Part shown: piece after piece, positions 39,775-52,170 of the stretch
Layout of the letters: each line of letters opens with the position of its first letter
Numbering within the stretch: position 1 is the stretch's first letter
DNA from: Amoebidium appalachense
Lineage: Eukaryota; Protista; Ichthyosporea
Direction: 5' to 3'
DNA: 64,000 nucleotides
Assembly: GCA_963693365.1 (NCBI GenBank)
Contig: CAVNZM010000005.1
Coordinates: 11,431,728-11,495,727 of the forward strand
Program-made: the position numbers and the translations under genes
Notes under the pieces: generated by a model
Told to the model about the DNA's origin: nothing
Seen by the model: the letters and a program-made list of their open reading frames with translations, nothing else
Databases searched by the model: none

Positions 39775-40174
39775 TTTTTTCTCCCTGTTTACGTGCCCAA
39801 CCTGGCAAGTAGTCTCCGTTGTATGTTGGCTTTTCAGAGCTGGTATTACGTCGTTTTACACCACGCTTGTGTTCTGAAAGCGCTTGGTTTTCTGAAGCGC
39901 TATCAGCAAAAGCAAAATTGTCTTTCTCCCTCTCTTCCCCAAAAAAGTTCAACCAAGTGAGTCGTGACTCCCCCTGCCAGCCAAGTGAGTCCGACTCGTG
40001 ACTCCCCGGTAGTACCCCGTACCTGAGCTTGCCTGAGTCAGGAAAATTATATTCATGGGTAGCAAAGTGGGCACTGGCATTGCGTGGCTGTAACCAATCA
40101 GGTGCAGGGATCTGGTTGCTTTTGCATTGTTGTATCAGTGTGTGGGTCGTTTTCTTTTCGTTTCAGTCACGACT

Positions 40175-40218
40175 CACGGCCATCTAGAAACCACGGCCGG
40201 TGTTTCTAGATGGCCGTG
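40175..40218. other. Perfect 17-bp-arm inverted repeat (hairpin/cruciform)
   Basis: CACGGCCATCTAGAAAC - 10 nt - GTTTCTAGATGGCCGTG. Confidence 0.85.
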
Positions 40219-40573
40219 GTTTCAGTTCAGAGCAGGTGCCATCGGGTGTTGCTACTCACGTTGCTGATTGACTTGCAAGTTCTTGAAACATGGCACCACG
40301 CCCGCTAATATAAAAGTCTCCAGAGCTGACGAGCTGGGAGTGAACAAGAAACGTAAAAACCATCACGGTTCGGGGGGCCTCGGTAGAACCACCTTCGAGT
40401 TTGAGAAGGGAACACATGGAAGAGGTGTTAGCAGCAACGTTCAGCTAATTACCACTAAGTATATCTTTAAGGTCCTTGCGAATAGTGGATGTATGCTTGT
40501 GTGTGGTGGCGGGGTGACTGAGTAAAGGGTCTAGACGTGGAAGGGAGGTGGGAGTCTGTGGGTTTTTGTGTGC

Positions 40574-40616
<43 letters not shown>

Positions 40617-40619
40617 ATA

Positions 40620-40857
<238 letters not shown>

Positions 40858-41702
40858 GAAGGGGAGGCGGGGGGGGGGGGGGGGGGGAGGCTGAGGAGGG
40901 GAGGGAAGTAGGAATTCGCTAAGACCAGAAGAAGGGTGAACATTCTGAAGAATAACGATTGGGGCATACGGAGTTCTGAGACTGAGAGCTCATACGTGCA
41001 ACTCACCGTACCGCTACTTGGGTGTGTGCTGGCAGAGGCGGGGGAGGGGAGGTAGGGGAAAGGGAGGGGGGGAAAGTTTTGATAAAATTCACTTGTACTG
41101 GTTGAAGCTCTTGAATTGTTGTTCTAGTGCTCTAAGAATTTGAAGCAAAGCTCATATATGTAAGATCATCAGCACCGATCCTGTCCGTAACAAAAAACCT
41201 TTATGTACAGGTTGAAAAAGCCCCTTTGGTTGCTGCTTCTAGGCTCTCATACTTGTAGATGTAGACAATATTCCTCTGTGTGTCGGTGTTCAGTGCCTTC
41301 TTAATCGACAATGTTTGCGTGTATTTGTTCTCCGTAGTGTGTGCTCATTTCCTTTTCCTAAACCCTCCTCACCCCCCCACCTCCTCCTACCCTCCCTTCC
41401 CCCTCCTCCCTCCTTCCCCAGCCCTTAAATTTTTCACTTTCTTCACCCAGTTGTATGTGACTATACGAGGTCTTGGTTTCCACTGCTGACCATCCATGTG
41501 AACCAGCTGCATACAGAAGTAGTAGCACGTTTGCACAACCTGCTTGGGATTTCCCTACAATTGTGTTCAACGTTTCATGGGAACATACAACCTATGTATA
41601 CACATGATGTATACACATAGACGTATTCTTTCTAACTAGTCACAGTGTTCCTTTTCAGGTACAGCGACACATAAATAGATACAAAACCTGTTACAGCAAC
41701 AT

Positions 41703-42722
41703 TTAAGGCAGCAAGCCCTCAGGAAACAGCAGGCCAGCCAGGTGGTTTGCTATCCACACGTTCATAACACGAAGAGGATGAAGCCCACCCTTGCCCCCGT
41801 TTGGTGAGTCCATCCAAACACCAACTGCTGCAGGCCCACTATCTAAAGCCAAACCGACTGTATCTACAAACGCTCATTGAAATTCTCTCGCTAGCTCCAT
41901 GAAAGGCTCTCTGAGTGTTTCAATATATGCAATGTCACGCCTATCCTCTGGATTTGTTACCGAGTTAGGGAGCATTAGCACCAAGCTCATGCTTCCTACA
42001 GGATACACGCTACGTATACTCTCTAGCCCCTTTCTCATGTTATTGATGGTTTCAGTTAAGGGGGTGTTGTAATAAGGGTCGTTCAGGCCCCAGCGCATCA
42101 CGTAGAGGTCTGGGTTCATGTTTAAGTCTTCAGCCAAGTACGAAGTGAGCCAGTCGACGGATTGCTTGGCGCTGTGGCCTGAGTTATGTGTTCGCACAGG
42201 ATATCCTCTCCTGGTTGCAATCCGCTGAGATATCTCGTCAATTTTATACCCAGAGATGGGGCCGTATTCCGTATATCCTTCGGTTGTAGAATCTCCAGAA
42301 AACACAATCAAAGGGCTGTTTCCCTTCATTAATTCCACGTGGAAATGTGCCAAGTACTCCATCCCAAAGTCTAATCTCAGTGATTCTCTTTGTCGTGCCG
42401 GAGTTAACGCATTTTGCATCCTTGGAGGGTTTTCACGTAGGGGCTCTGTTGCTGGTACATCATATATGTCGGTTGAGGTTGGGGGTACTTTAACATCGCT
42501 GTTTGTAGGATCATCAATGAGCAATGGGCTTTCGCCTCTGAAGGGCAGTTCTGGTTTCATGAATATGTGTGCGTTTTGCAGAGGTGCCATCCTGATGTTT
42601 CGGGTTGATTTAGTGGGTATGTACACGGGTGATGATGTGGACATACCCACGGGTGATGATGTGGCTTGCATGGTGCATAGCCCCACCAGTAACACGACAC
42701 GGAGTGCTCTGGATGACAACAT
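41703..42722 (-). CDS. Intronless secreted SGNH/GDSL hydrolase interrupted by one in-frame TGA (41874-41876)
   Basis: Signal peptide MLSSRALRVVLLVGLCTMQA. Block I SGDSTTEG, block II NSGHSA, block III WGLND. After the TGA the frame continues AFVDT...WMD...GLHP...WIANHLAGLLFPEGLLP to TAA at 41703. Confidence 0.8.
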
Positions 42723-44155
42723 TTATGTGGTTATATGTTAGCCACAAACTGACAATGGCTGTCGGGGTTGTATTTTCCTGTTGTTACAAGATCTTAACAC
42801 ACGATGGTACACTGACTTCGGAGCTGCAGCCTTTGGAAAAGCCTGAAAACTTTGATCAAATGCAATGCTCCGATAGTATTTATTGCTGCGGACACTTATC
42901 TGTGACGGGTCTAATTAGATCTAGATCTAGAGCAAGGCCTCCTATTTGTAAATTATCTAGGAGGCCTTGGTCTAGAGTGACTCTCAGGACATACAGTATC
43001 ACCGGGTCAGTGTTTTATGCTCGACTTATGTGGCAGTATAGCTACAGGCACGTATACAGTACAGTAGCTACTATGTAGCAACTAACGACGAATATAGTAA
43101 TGTACCTGTATTGTAGTGGCTATAGAGGTGTGCATATATCAATGAGTTTATCGATTGCCCATGATGACCACGGCCTAAAAAGAAATACTTGAAACTTCGA
43201 GTGGTGTGAAAATTCGAGTCTCTGATCCATATTTGCGACTGGCCTCTAGCCTATGAATGCCCGTATTGAGTCTCAACGAAGTTGACCAATCTTGATGCTC
43301 TCTGTACAAGCTTGACACGTGATTGTGAGCGTTAAAACGAGTTTGTTGATTAAGTCTCAAAAAAAAAAAACGTGCATTGTTCAACATAATTTCATGGTAT
43401 TGTCTTTCGCTTGAATGAATGCGTTATTGTGGCGTTGTCTTTTTGTCGGCAAGGAATGCCCCGCATAGTCACCTAGAGCATACTCGTTTGGTCTAAATCT
43501 GAATTAGGTGAATTTCTAATAATAATAATTTTCTATCACTCAAACCCAAATAAAAATACGGAAGACTTATTTATGGGAGGGGAAAATACCCCTGAACAGA
43601 TGTAGCACTCCGTGAGCTGAATATTTTCTAATATATTGAAAGACCAAACATCCACAAACATTGGATGTTTCAAGTTGGTCCAAACTTGTGGTTACGAAGT
43701 CTGGGGGGGTGCAGCATGAGCCAATCAGACAGCCAAATATTCCTTCGGAATTTCGACCCATGGCGATTTCAGCCTAATATGGCAAGGTAAACAAGTGCAC
43801 AAAAATCGCCATCATAGCCTCGGGAGTCCGGCATGGCAACCGCCCAGGAATAATATCATGGTCGTGTACACGTGGTGCACGTAGTGCCACCGGGCAACCC
43901 TTTCAGTCTCCCTTTCAGTGGCCTGGTAGAAACTAAATAACCCTACACACACACGCACTATCTATGCGCCATATATCATGACGCCACCATCCACCCCACC
44001 AGGCAGATCTTCAGCTGGGGTCCCGGGCCCTACTACCGGTATACCAAATTACCAAACTTTGTCCACGCTGGGTGCCATCCACGAGTGGCACGCAGGTGAT
44101 CACAGTGTGTGTGTACACGCCCTTGCGTAAGTAAGGGTCACGTGTGTGTTGTACA

Positions 44156-44220
<65 letters not shown>

Positions 44221-44223
44221 ACG

Positions 44224-44274
<51 letters not shown>

Positions 44275-45095
44275 ACGTGTGTGCTAGTGTGTGTGTCAGT
44301 GTGTGTGCGTGTGTGCGTGTGTGTGTGTGCGCGCGTGTGTCACTGTGTGTGTGTGACCGTCTGTATGTATGCATGTCTGTGAGTGCGTGTGTGACGGTGT
44401 GTGTGTGTGTGTGTGTGTGTGTGTCATGACGCATGCGGGCGGGCGGGCGCACGCGGGCATGTGTGCGTGTGTGTGTGTGCGCACGCGTGTTTGTGGATGT
44501 GGAGGAGTGGGGGAGTGGATCCGGAGGGAATCCTTGTACGTACACACCGTAGTAGTGTGCAGCCTAACGAAAAATTTGGCCAATATGTTACTGACTGACC
44601 TCTATGCTGATAACGCGTCAGTATGTTACGCTTGAATATCTTTTTTTTCTTTTTTTTTTAAACCCGGTTTTGTCAGGGACCCCGGCTAGGGGGGCCTCAG
44701 ACGATTTACTGTCTTCCACACAGCACCGAGTGTACCTTAGTTAGGGTGTTGAAGTTTATCGGCGATTCAATCTGTTACGTTAAACGTTAACAACGACACT
44801 GCTAACCTTTTTAGACTAGTTCGCTCTCTCTCTCTCCGAGGCTCCCCCCCCCCTCCCCCCCCTCCCCCCCCCCCCCCCCCCTCTCTCTCCCCCTCACCCC
44901 TCTCCTGTCCCCTCTCTTTCTTTCTCTCTCTCTCTCTTTCTCAGCTCTACCCCCCTCCCTCTCACACCGTGCTCTCTAGCTGGCTAGATCGGAATCATCT
45001 CTCGAGGCTCAGTCTTTCGCGTGGCGCACATGCCATACACACATACACACAACACAAACTCTCCCTCCCTCCCTCTCTCTTTCGCTCTCCCTCCC

Positions 45096-45133
<38 letters not shown>

Positions 45134-45671
45134 CCCCGGCCCCCCTCCTCTCCCTCCCTCCGTCCATGAGGCTCTTTCTCTCTCTCACTCCCTCTCCCTC
45201 TCTCCCTTCTCCCCGGCCTCCCCAGATCTCTCTCTCTCTCTCTCTCTCACTCTCTCTCTCTCTCTCTCTCACTCACTCACTCACTCACTCACTCACTCAC
45301 TCTATCTCTCTCCCTCCCCAGCCTTCTCTCCCTCATTCTCTCTTCTTTCCTGAAAAACACCCATGGGATGGGAAATCAAGAGCGAAAGAAAAAAAATGGA
45401 TGTGTTCCACCGTGTGACGGTGTGAGTTTGTGGTGCCGTGTGCACAAACTTTGCGGGACAGACTGTGTGTGCGTGCGCGTGGTGTGGGTATAAGTGTATG
45501 TGCGCACGCATGCACGCACGCGCGCGTGTGTGTATGTGTGGTGTGTGTGTGTATGTCCGTGTGTGTCTGTGTATATGTATATGCACCCGTGTACAGTGTG
45601 TATTGATGGACATCTGACAGTGTGGCAACTTGTGATATGTTCGCGCACGCGTGTGTGTGTGTCTCTCTCTC

Positions 45672-45731
<60 letters not shown>

Positions 45732-46541
45732 TGTGTGTGTGTCGGAGGCTAGGTTCAATGTTTTGTGCTCGGTGGTGTGCTTGCGTGTGCGTATGTGCAT
45801 ATGTTGATGGGGAGGCCAGTTGGCACGGTGCAATCAGGATATGCGCCGAGTGAGCCGGTGTAACTGTACGAGTGTCCTTTACGTACCAACCACGTGTTGG
45901 TCTTACTGCGGCGATGGTGCTTAGGTTTTTATACATTTCCTTCATATGTCTACTCGTGCGAACTTGCATAAGGGTCTGTACAACCGTAGATGGCATACTA
46001 TGCTATCAATGTATGTTTTCTTTTAATGTATGTGCTTTGCATGTGACACAGCACATGCGAGCTGGCAATGGATGTCCTTGTGTACAAACAGCATAAATTT
46101 TGGCGTCAATTTTTTGGTTTCTGTGATGTACACACGACTGCGTGTTCTGGCGTAAGCGTGCCCACCATGGTGAGTATGCTGCGATTATTGTAATTTGCTA
46201 ATTATCGTCCTTCTGCTTTTACTTTTCTGTTTTAATATTTGCCACCGTGAGGTGGCCTGAGTGGGTGGCATGACCATCAGATTATAATCATTGTAACAAT
46301 CACTGAAGATACAAGGCTAATAACAAAAATCTCAGGGTCGTAGCCACCACACAAGTGCACGTGATGCTTGCAGGTATATGTATGTGCATGTGTCTATGTG
46401 TGTGTACTAGCTTAGCTAAGGGGTGCCACGTGTGTGTATGTGTGTACTAGGTGTGTGTGTGTGTGTGTGTGTGCCGTGTACAAGGGTTGTGAGTGTGAGT
46501 GGCCCACGGTGTGTGAGTGGCCCACGGTGTGTGGGTGTACT

Positions 46542-46637
<96 letters not shown>

Positions 46638-46717
46638 AGGGTACATGTGCGTGTGCGTGTGTAACTCTACTAGGGGTGCCCGTGTGTGTGTCCTTGGGGT
46701 GTGTGTATGTGTGTGTC

Positions 46718-46803
46718 TACGTCTGACGGTCACGAGCACAACGGCATTGCCTGCTGCTACTGCACCAACAGCAGGACTGATAAGCAGCTGCACCGGGTAG
46801 TTC
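46718..46803 (-). pseudogene. Orphan aldehyde dehydrogenase (ALDH3-like) exon fragment
   Basis: cag|G followed by NYPVQLLISPAVGAVAAGNAVVL, then a +1-shifted PSD. This matches the ALDH motif WNYP...GAIAAGN.VVLKPSE. No other ALDH exons were seen in the window. Confidence 0.75.
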
Positions 46804-47175
46804 CTGTGTGTGTGTGTGTGTGTGCGTGTGTGTGTGGGTGTGTGTGTGTGTGTGTGTGCGTGTGTGTGTGTGTGTGCGTGCGTGTGCGTGCGTGTGTGTG
46901 TGTGTGTATGTGTTTGTGTGTGTGTATGCGGCGTGTGCGTGACTGTGCGTGTGCGTGTTCGTGTGCGTGTGGGCACGTGTGTGTGACTCATAATGTGTAC
47001 AAGTAGGTCTGTGCGCCGGCTGTCGCCGGCGCCAAAACATAACGAAACAGTTATTGATGTTGGGTTGTGTGGTTGTTACCACTCCCCCCTCCCCCCCGCC
47101 CCTCCCCCCCCCCTGCCTGCCCCCCCCCACCTCACACTTTCCCCCCCTCCCCTCCCTGGCCCTTTGGCCTCACGC

Positions 47176-47226
<51 letters not shown>

Positions 47227-47375
47227 CCTGCAGTTGCCGGATCTGCCAAATGTTATGACCCTTTTCCCTTTCATTTAACCCCCCCCCTCCCCCCCCTCCC
47301 CCAATCCCCCTCCCCCCCCCCCCTCCTTTCTGGCCCCCCTCCCACGGGGCACCCTGGGCAGTGGCGGCGGTAGCA

Positions 47376-47409
<34 letters not shown>

Positions 47410-47790
47410 TCGAAATTGCAAAGTGAGGTAATGGGTATGAGCAAATTATGTGGGAAGTGATGGGAGTGGGGCCAGCCCAAATAAGTTAAATTCATTTATT
47501 TTGCCAGAAGGAGGCAGCCTGTATGGCAACTATGAACAGCTAAGTAGGTAAACCTACCCCTCCCCCCCTTCCCCCCCTTCCGCCTTCCCCTCCCCCTTAG
47601 AAACCCCCCGCCCCCCTCCCCCCCAGCTACCCCCCCCCCCCCACCCCTTTTTTTAATTATTTTGCCATCCCCCCCCCCCCCCCCTCCCCCTGCTGCCCCC
47701 TGTGTCCTTCATGTCAAGGACCTGAATATTTATGACATGGTGCACGTGGTACCAAAAGCAGTGAATGGTGGTGTGTTGTGATTAATGTAA

Positions 47791-48310
47791 TCAGGGGGGG
47801 TTGAAGATGTTGCGAATGTAGGGAGAAACGACATTGACGGTGTAGGCAATGGCATTTGCAGAAATGTCATTTTCATGTACACAGATAAGTATGTGTCTAC
47901 GTGTGCGGACACGGCCTAGTGCCACATAGAGTTGACCGTGAGCAAACACAGGAGTACGTAAATACAAACCGCAGACGTCGAGGGTTTGGCCTTGGGATTT
48001 GTTAATGGTGAGTCCGTAGGCAAGCTTTAAAGGATACTGTTTTCTATTCACTGTTACACCTCGGGTTGGTTGAAATTGGAAGGTAAATCTAGGTATGAGA
48101 ACAGACCCTAAGGAATCAACTATGCGGTCGCAACGAATGTAGTAATTGTATAGTTCCCTTATGATTAGTTTTGTGCCATTGACCAATTGGTGGTGGATGG
48201 AGAGGTTTCGCATGAGCATAACTACAGCACCTACCTTGAAAACGAATTTATGGTCAGGTATTCCTGGGTGGTGCACTGACGCCAAGAAGTCTTCCGTTGG
48301 TGAATTTGAC
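47791..48310 (-). mobile_element. Helitron-type Rep/Hel (PIF1 family) helicase C-terminal fragment
   Basis: EDFLASV..PGIPDHKFVFKVGAVVMLMRNL..LVNGTKL..VLIPRF..RKQYPLKLAYGLTINKSQGQTL..VFAHGQLYVALGRV. The N-terminal helicase motifs and the HUH Rep domain are absent. Confidence 0.88.
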
Positions 48311-48678
48311 GGGCATAACAATACTCCGGGTAGAAACGCCGGCCACAAATAACCCAAAATAAAAGTGTGGTAGCAACTAGACGACTTCTAGGTAATACCG
48401 CATCACGAACGAACTGCGGCGCTGTGCGTGGCGTATCGTGCCTAAAGCCCAAAATCCCCCTAAATCTATGCGCTTGGCGGAGTTCTGCATACATGATTTT
48501 GCGCGAATTGGTACGGTGCAGAAGGATTCCGGCAGGGCTGTAATTTTCGCCGTAACGATAGCCATACAACATACATGAAAACGCGCTAACGAATAACTTC
48601 GGGTAAAAACCTTCTAGAAATGATTATCAAAAAAACAAAAAGAGGGACATAAAAGAGGTGGAATTTAGGTCCATTTTC

Positions 48679-48686
48679 TATAAAAA
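48679..48686 (+). promoter_or_regulatory. TATA box candidate upstream of the 48777 ORF
   Basis: TATAAAAA about 95 bp upstream of the first ATG. Confidence 0.4.
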
Positions 48687-48776
48687 GGGGACCTTCGTCT
48701 TCCTGCTGTCACCACATCCACATTTCAACACCCCGTTCACAGCTCGTTGATTCACGGACAGTGACACGTCGTGAAA

Positions 48777-49931
48777 ATGAATCTGCACCCACACATGATG
48801 CATGCATCCTTCCTTATGGATGTCCTCTCGGTTGTGATGCTTCCCACCAACCTTAAGCCCGGTGAGAGGCACACCGCTGCTATGGTCAAGGGCAGGAACA
48901 CCACCATGTGCCTGAATGCCACGAACAACGCCGAACCCAACATGCAGATCGTCGTCATGGTGTTCAACAACGAGAAGGACCCCAAGTACTTGGAGATGGC
49001 CAAAAACAGTGCTGGTAGCGTCGTCCATGTGCAGGGCCGTTTGTCTGCCAATGTGGAAACATTTGTCGACCGTAACCGCCCTGGAGCCACCCATGTGATC
49101 AAGGGTGCCGGGATCGTCACCCAAGTTGTCTCGGCAGCTCATAAGGCCGCATTCAAGACCATGGTTGCACCCCACATATGCATGTGGAGTGCGTATGGCG
49201 CCGTTGTGCTCGGGATTGAGAAAGTCTACAAACCCAAGATCAACCTGACAGACGCCGATGCAGCGCTGGCAAGTGTGGATATGAAGTGCATGGGGCGCAT
49301 CTATAGGGTCGGGAATAAGGAGGATCGTTACATTGGTCAACCCGTGTGCATGGTGCGTGCCGTTGCCAAGATGCTCCGTAACAAAGACGGCACCCTTGAC
49401 CATGTACTGGAGGGAGGCATCGTCCAGGCGTCCGGTGAGCTTACCTACATCCAGGGCAAGAACATTTTCGTTCTCGACACCACTGTGGGTGGGACATGTG
49501 TGCTCGTGCGGGGACCGGCTGCCACTACTGCTGCCACACCCACTGGATCCGACATCAAACTGGGCAACCTGCAGCTGTCTGGGGCGAGCAACTCTGCCCT
49601 TCGTGGATTGGCTGCTATTCTATCCTATGATGATGTGAACGAGGAAAACGGGGAGAAGGAAGACATGAACGAGGACGAGCCCGTTGCCACCCCTACCAAG
49701 AAACGTAAGATGGGGGCAAAGCTTTTCCTGTCGACCGACGACGACGACGTCCCTCTGAAGGATATTGCAGCCATCAAGAAAACCAAGGACAACGACAATT
49801 TGATGGGCCGCGTCAATTCCGATGTTGACGAGCCCGAGGATTCCAATTCGGAGGGAGAAGACGGTGACGATGACATCGAGGAAGATTACGGCTTGCTCGA
49901 TGGTGCAGCCATTTTCAACGTTGAGGATTAA
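48777..49931 (+). CDS. Intronless ~384-aa protein, putative tandem OB-fold ssDNA-binding protein with NLS and acidic tail
   Basis: Long clean ORF with C/G-ending codon bias. Two OB-like strand motifs (GSVVHVQGRL, GGIVQASGEL), PTKKRK, and a D/E-rich tail ending GAAIFNVED. The function is inferred. Confidence 0.65.
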   Translation: MNLHPHMMHASFLMDVLSVVMLPTNLKPGERHTAAMVKGRNTTMCLNATNNAEPNMQIVVMVFNNEKDPKYLEMAKNSAGSVVHVQGRLSANVETFVDRNRPGATHVIKGAGIVTQVVSAAHKAAFKTMVAPHICMWSAYGAVVLGIEKVYKPKINLTDADAALASVDMKCMGRIYRVGNKEDRYIGQPVCMVRAVAKMLRNKDGTLDHVLEGGIVQASGELTYIQGKNIFVLDTTVGGTCVLVRGPAATTAATPTGSDIKLGNLQLSGASNSALRGLAAILSYDDVNEENGEKEDMNEDEPVATPTKKRKMGAKLFLSTDDDDVPLKDIAAIKKTKDNDNLMGRVNSDVDEPEDSNSEGEDGDDDIEEDYGLLDGAAIFNVED

Positions 49932-50517
49932 CTTCCAGTGCTGCAGTGCCCATAGCCCATTTCCACTATGTATTGTTTGTAATAATATATTTTGATTTAT
50001 TTGACGTTATCTAATACTATTGGGGATAGAACAAACAAACCAAAACAATGATGTTCTGTTTAGTTATGGGAATTAATTGCATGGAATTTTAATAGCACTG
50101 TGTTATCAGTCTAGGGAGAGATTGCCATTGCCGAAGTACCAAGTTTACTTGTGGTCCTCCAAAAACATGTAGCTGAAAACCACCAAGTGCATTATGTTTT
50201 AAATTGCTTGCAAAATTTTTATAATATTATTATTATCTTGTTGTTTTACTTATTTTACAGAACTGTATGGTAACCCCCTTTATGATATGTATGGGCACGC
50301 AATAAAACTTTCCACGTGCACTGAGTGCCAGGTGGGCAACATATTTCCGTGCATACTTGCTTATCTTTCCGTCGAATAAATCCAGTCAAAAGAAAAAAAA
50401 ATTGGCACCCCCCCGAAATGTTCCCGAACATAAAATCATCATTCTACGGTGTGTGTCAATATACCATGCTCACAAGTCAGTAATGCAATTATACTATTCT
50501 CAGTTTACTTCAAAGCA

Positions 50518-50563
<46 letters not shown>

Positions 50564-50678
50564 CCCTCTTCCCATTCCCTGGCCCCCCAAAGTTTTTTAA
50601 GTTATGCTTTTCATACTCAGTGACTGCAATCATGGCACCCGTGTTTTCTAGATATATTTCCTTTCATTGTGTTCAACG

Positions 50679-50715
<37 letters not shown>

Positions 50716-51070
50716 ATGTTTGTGTGTGTGTGAATGTGTGTGTGTGGGCCAAGTGAAGGTTGTATGCGCTTTTTTCTTCTTAGTTGTTTTTGTATTCTAT
50801 TCGATTATTACTTTGTGTGTAAATGTGGAAAAAAAACAAATAAAAAAACAACGACCACCGCCCAGCTTGAATCACCCTAGCTCTAGTGTAAAACAATAAT
50901 CATTATCAGTCACAAACCCTTCTACTACACTCGCCCCAAATGTCATATTCACATTACTGAGTTGATTTAGTTGTGTTTTTTACTCTATTTTTTTTTCAAC
51001 AACTGTCTGCTATTAAACAGTAAAATGTACATCTGTTTGTGTGTGTGTGTGTGTGTGTGTGCCACAGGCC

Positions 51071-51124
<54 letters not shown>

Positions 51125-51320
51125 ATATAGAATTTACCGTCCTCATCCCCGTGTCCCCCTAAACCGGTGTTAGCGGACCTTTGAGGTTTTTGTGATTGGA
51201 TTGGTAGTTCTATTACATTAAAATTTTCAAAATGTCGTTGTACCAATGATATAATACGTTGTAAAACAAATGTCGCCGAATTTCTCTAAAAAAGGTGCGT
51301 TCCATTCTGGGTTAGAAACG

Positions 51321-51698
51321 AAAACCGTTTTGATACGGGAATCACCTGATCTCTGCCGTCATTCAGCCCAGCGCGTTCACAGTAGACTCCGAAACCGCTG
51401 GTTTTTTTCTTTTTACTTCAAAGCCCCGAGTACGTACATCCTCTCGGGCCCAACTTTAGGGCACTATATTTCAATTTTCTCATCATCAAATATATAGTTA
51501 TTTTAGGCTAAAACCGTTTTGATACGGGAATCACCTGATCTCTGCCGTCATTCAGTCCAGCGCGTTCACAGTAGACTCCGAAACCGCTGGTTTTTTTCTT
51601 TTTACTTCAAAGCCCCGAGTACGTACATCCTCTCGGGCCCAACTTTAGAGCACTATATTTCAATTTTCTCATTATCAAATATATAGTTATTTTAGGCT
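51321..51698. repeat. Two near-identical tandem 189-bp copies
   Basis: AAAACCGTTTTGATACGGGAATC...TTTTAGGCT at 51321-51509 and 51510-51698, with only a few substitutions. Confidence 0.92.
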
Positions 51699-52114
51699 TT
51701 TTCATTAGTATCGCAAGAATATTTAGCGATTTTGATGTCATAAAAACAACTAAGCAACGTTTCGATGGTTTTTGATGCCTCACAAAATGGCCTTTGGTCC
51801 CCTCCAAATGCCGGATTTGAGGTCCGGCAAACAACGCATTATATATATTGTTAATGTGTGTTTATGTACATGTGCGTGCGTGTGTTTGTGTGTACACGTG
51901 TGCACGTGTGTGTGTGTGATGATACATGTGTGTGGACGTATGTACGCAGTGCCAGTGACGTCTGTGTGCAGGTGCACGTGTGAGTTTCAAGTGTTTCATA
52001 TTTCAAATTGTGGACGTGCTTGTCTATCGATATCTGTGACTGGTGGACCATGCATGGATCCGGACTCCGGCCGTCACGACTCTTGCCTCCCTCAGACTGG
52101 CTCTCCACAGCCGC

Positions 52115-52170
<56 letters not shown>

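Noticed and set aside
41525-41580. Canonical SECIS element
   Set aside because: ATGA and a stem are present, but the 3' GA of the kink-turn quartet is missing.
48678-49403. 241-aa minus-strand ORF
   Set aside because: It is an antisense shadow of the GC3-rich 48777 ORF.
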